DNA of 64,000 nucleotides from Octopus sinensis. Taxonomy: Eukaryota. Shown piece by piece: positions 63,968 through 64,000 of the stretch. The notes beneath the pieces are model-generated. The model did not search any database and was not told where the DNA came from. It saw only the letters and a list, made by a program, of their open reading frames with translations. The position numbers were made by a program, and so were the translations under genes. The stretch lies in contig NC_042997.1 in assembly GCF_006345805.1 (NCBI RefSeq), positions 116,622,001-116,686,000 on the forward strand. Direction: 5' to 3'. The number at the start of each line of letters is the position of its first letter. Position 1 is the first letter of the stretch.

Positions 63968-64000
<33 letters not shown>

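Overview
AT-rich, repeat-dominated animal genomic DNA. The repeat landscape (tRNA-headed SINE families, very dense TA/CA/TACA/TATC/AAT microsatellites) looks like an octopod cephalopod; this is inference from recognition, not a search. No intact protein-coding gene could be identified, and nearly all ORFs in the supplied track are microsatellite translations. Recognisable content: four groups of tRNA-derived SINEs; several Tc1/mariner-superfamily elements (one full-length mariner and one near-full-length Tc1, both with dead transposases); Helitrons, one carrying Rep-protein remnants; a decayed near-complete Penelope-like element with RT and GIY-YIG remnants and a pseudo-LTR arrangement; RTE and RLE-type LINE fragments; minimal hammerhead-ribozyme-like motifs; many fold-back elements; two tandem duplications that may be assembly artefacts; and a 100-N gap. 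Two promoter-like islands (about 25.3 kb and 55.8 kb) and several phase-compatible candidate exons hint at host genes with long introns. Most worth following up: a hammerhead family with a shared A6U core change, a SINE that occurs as 184-bp concatemers with a fixed junction, and a possible divergent gene pair at 55.8 kb. Coordinates of decayed elements are approximate (tens of bp).
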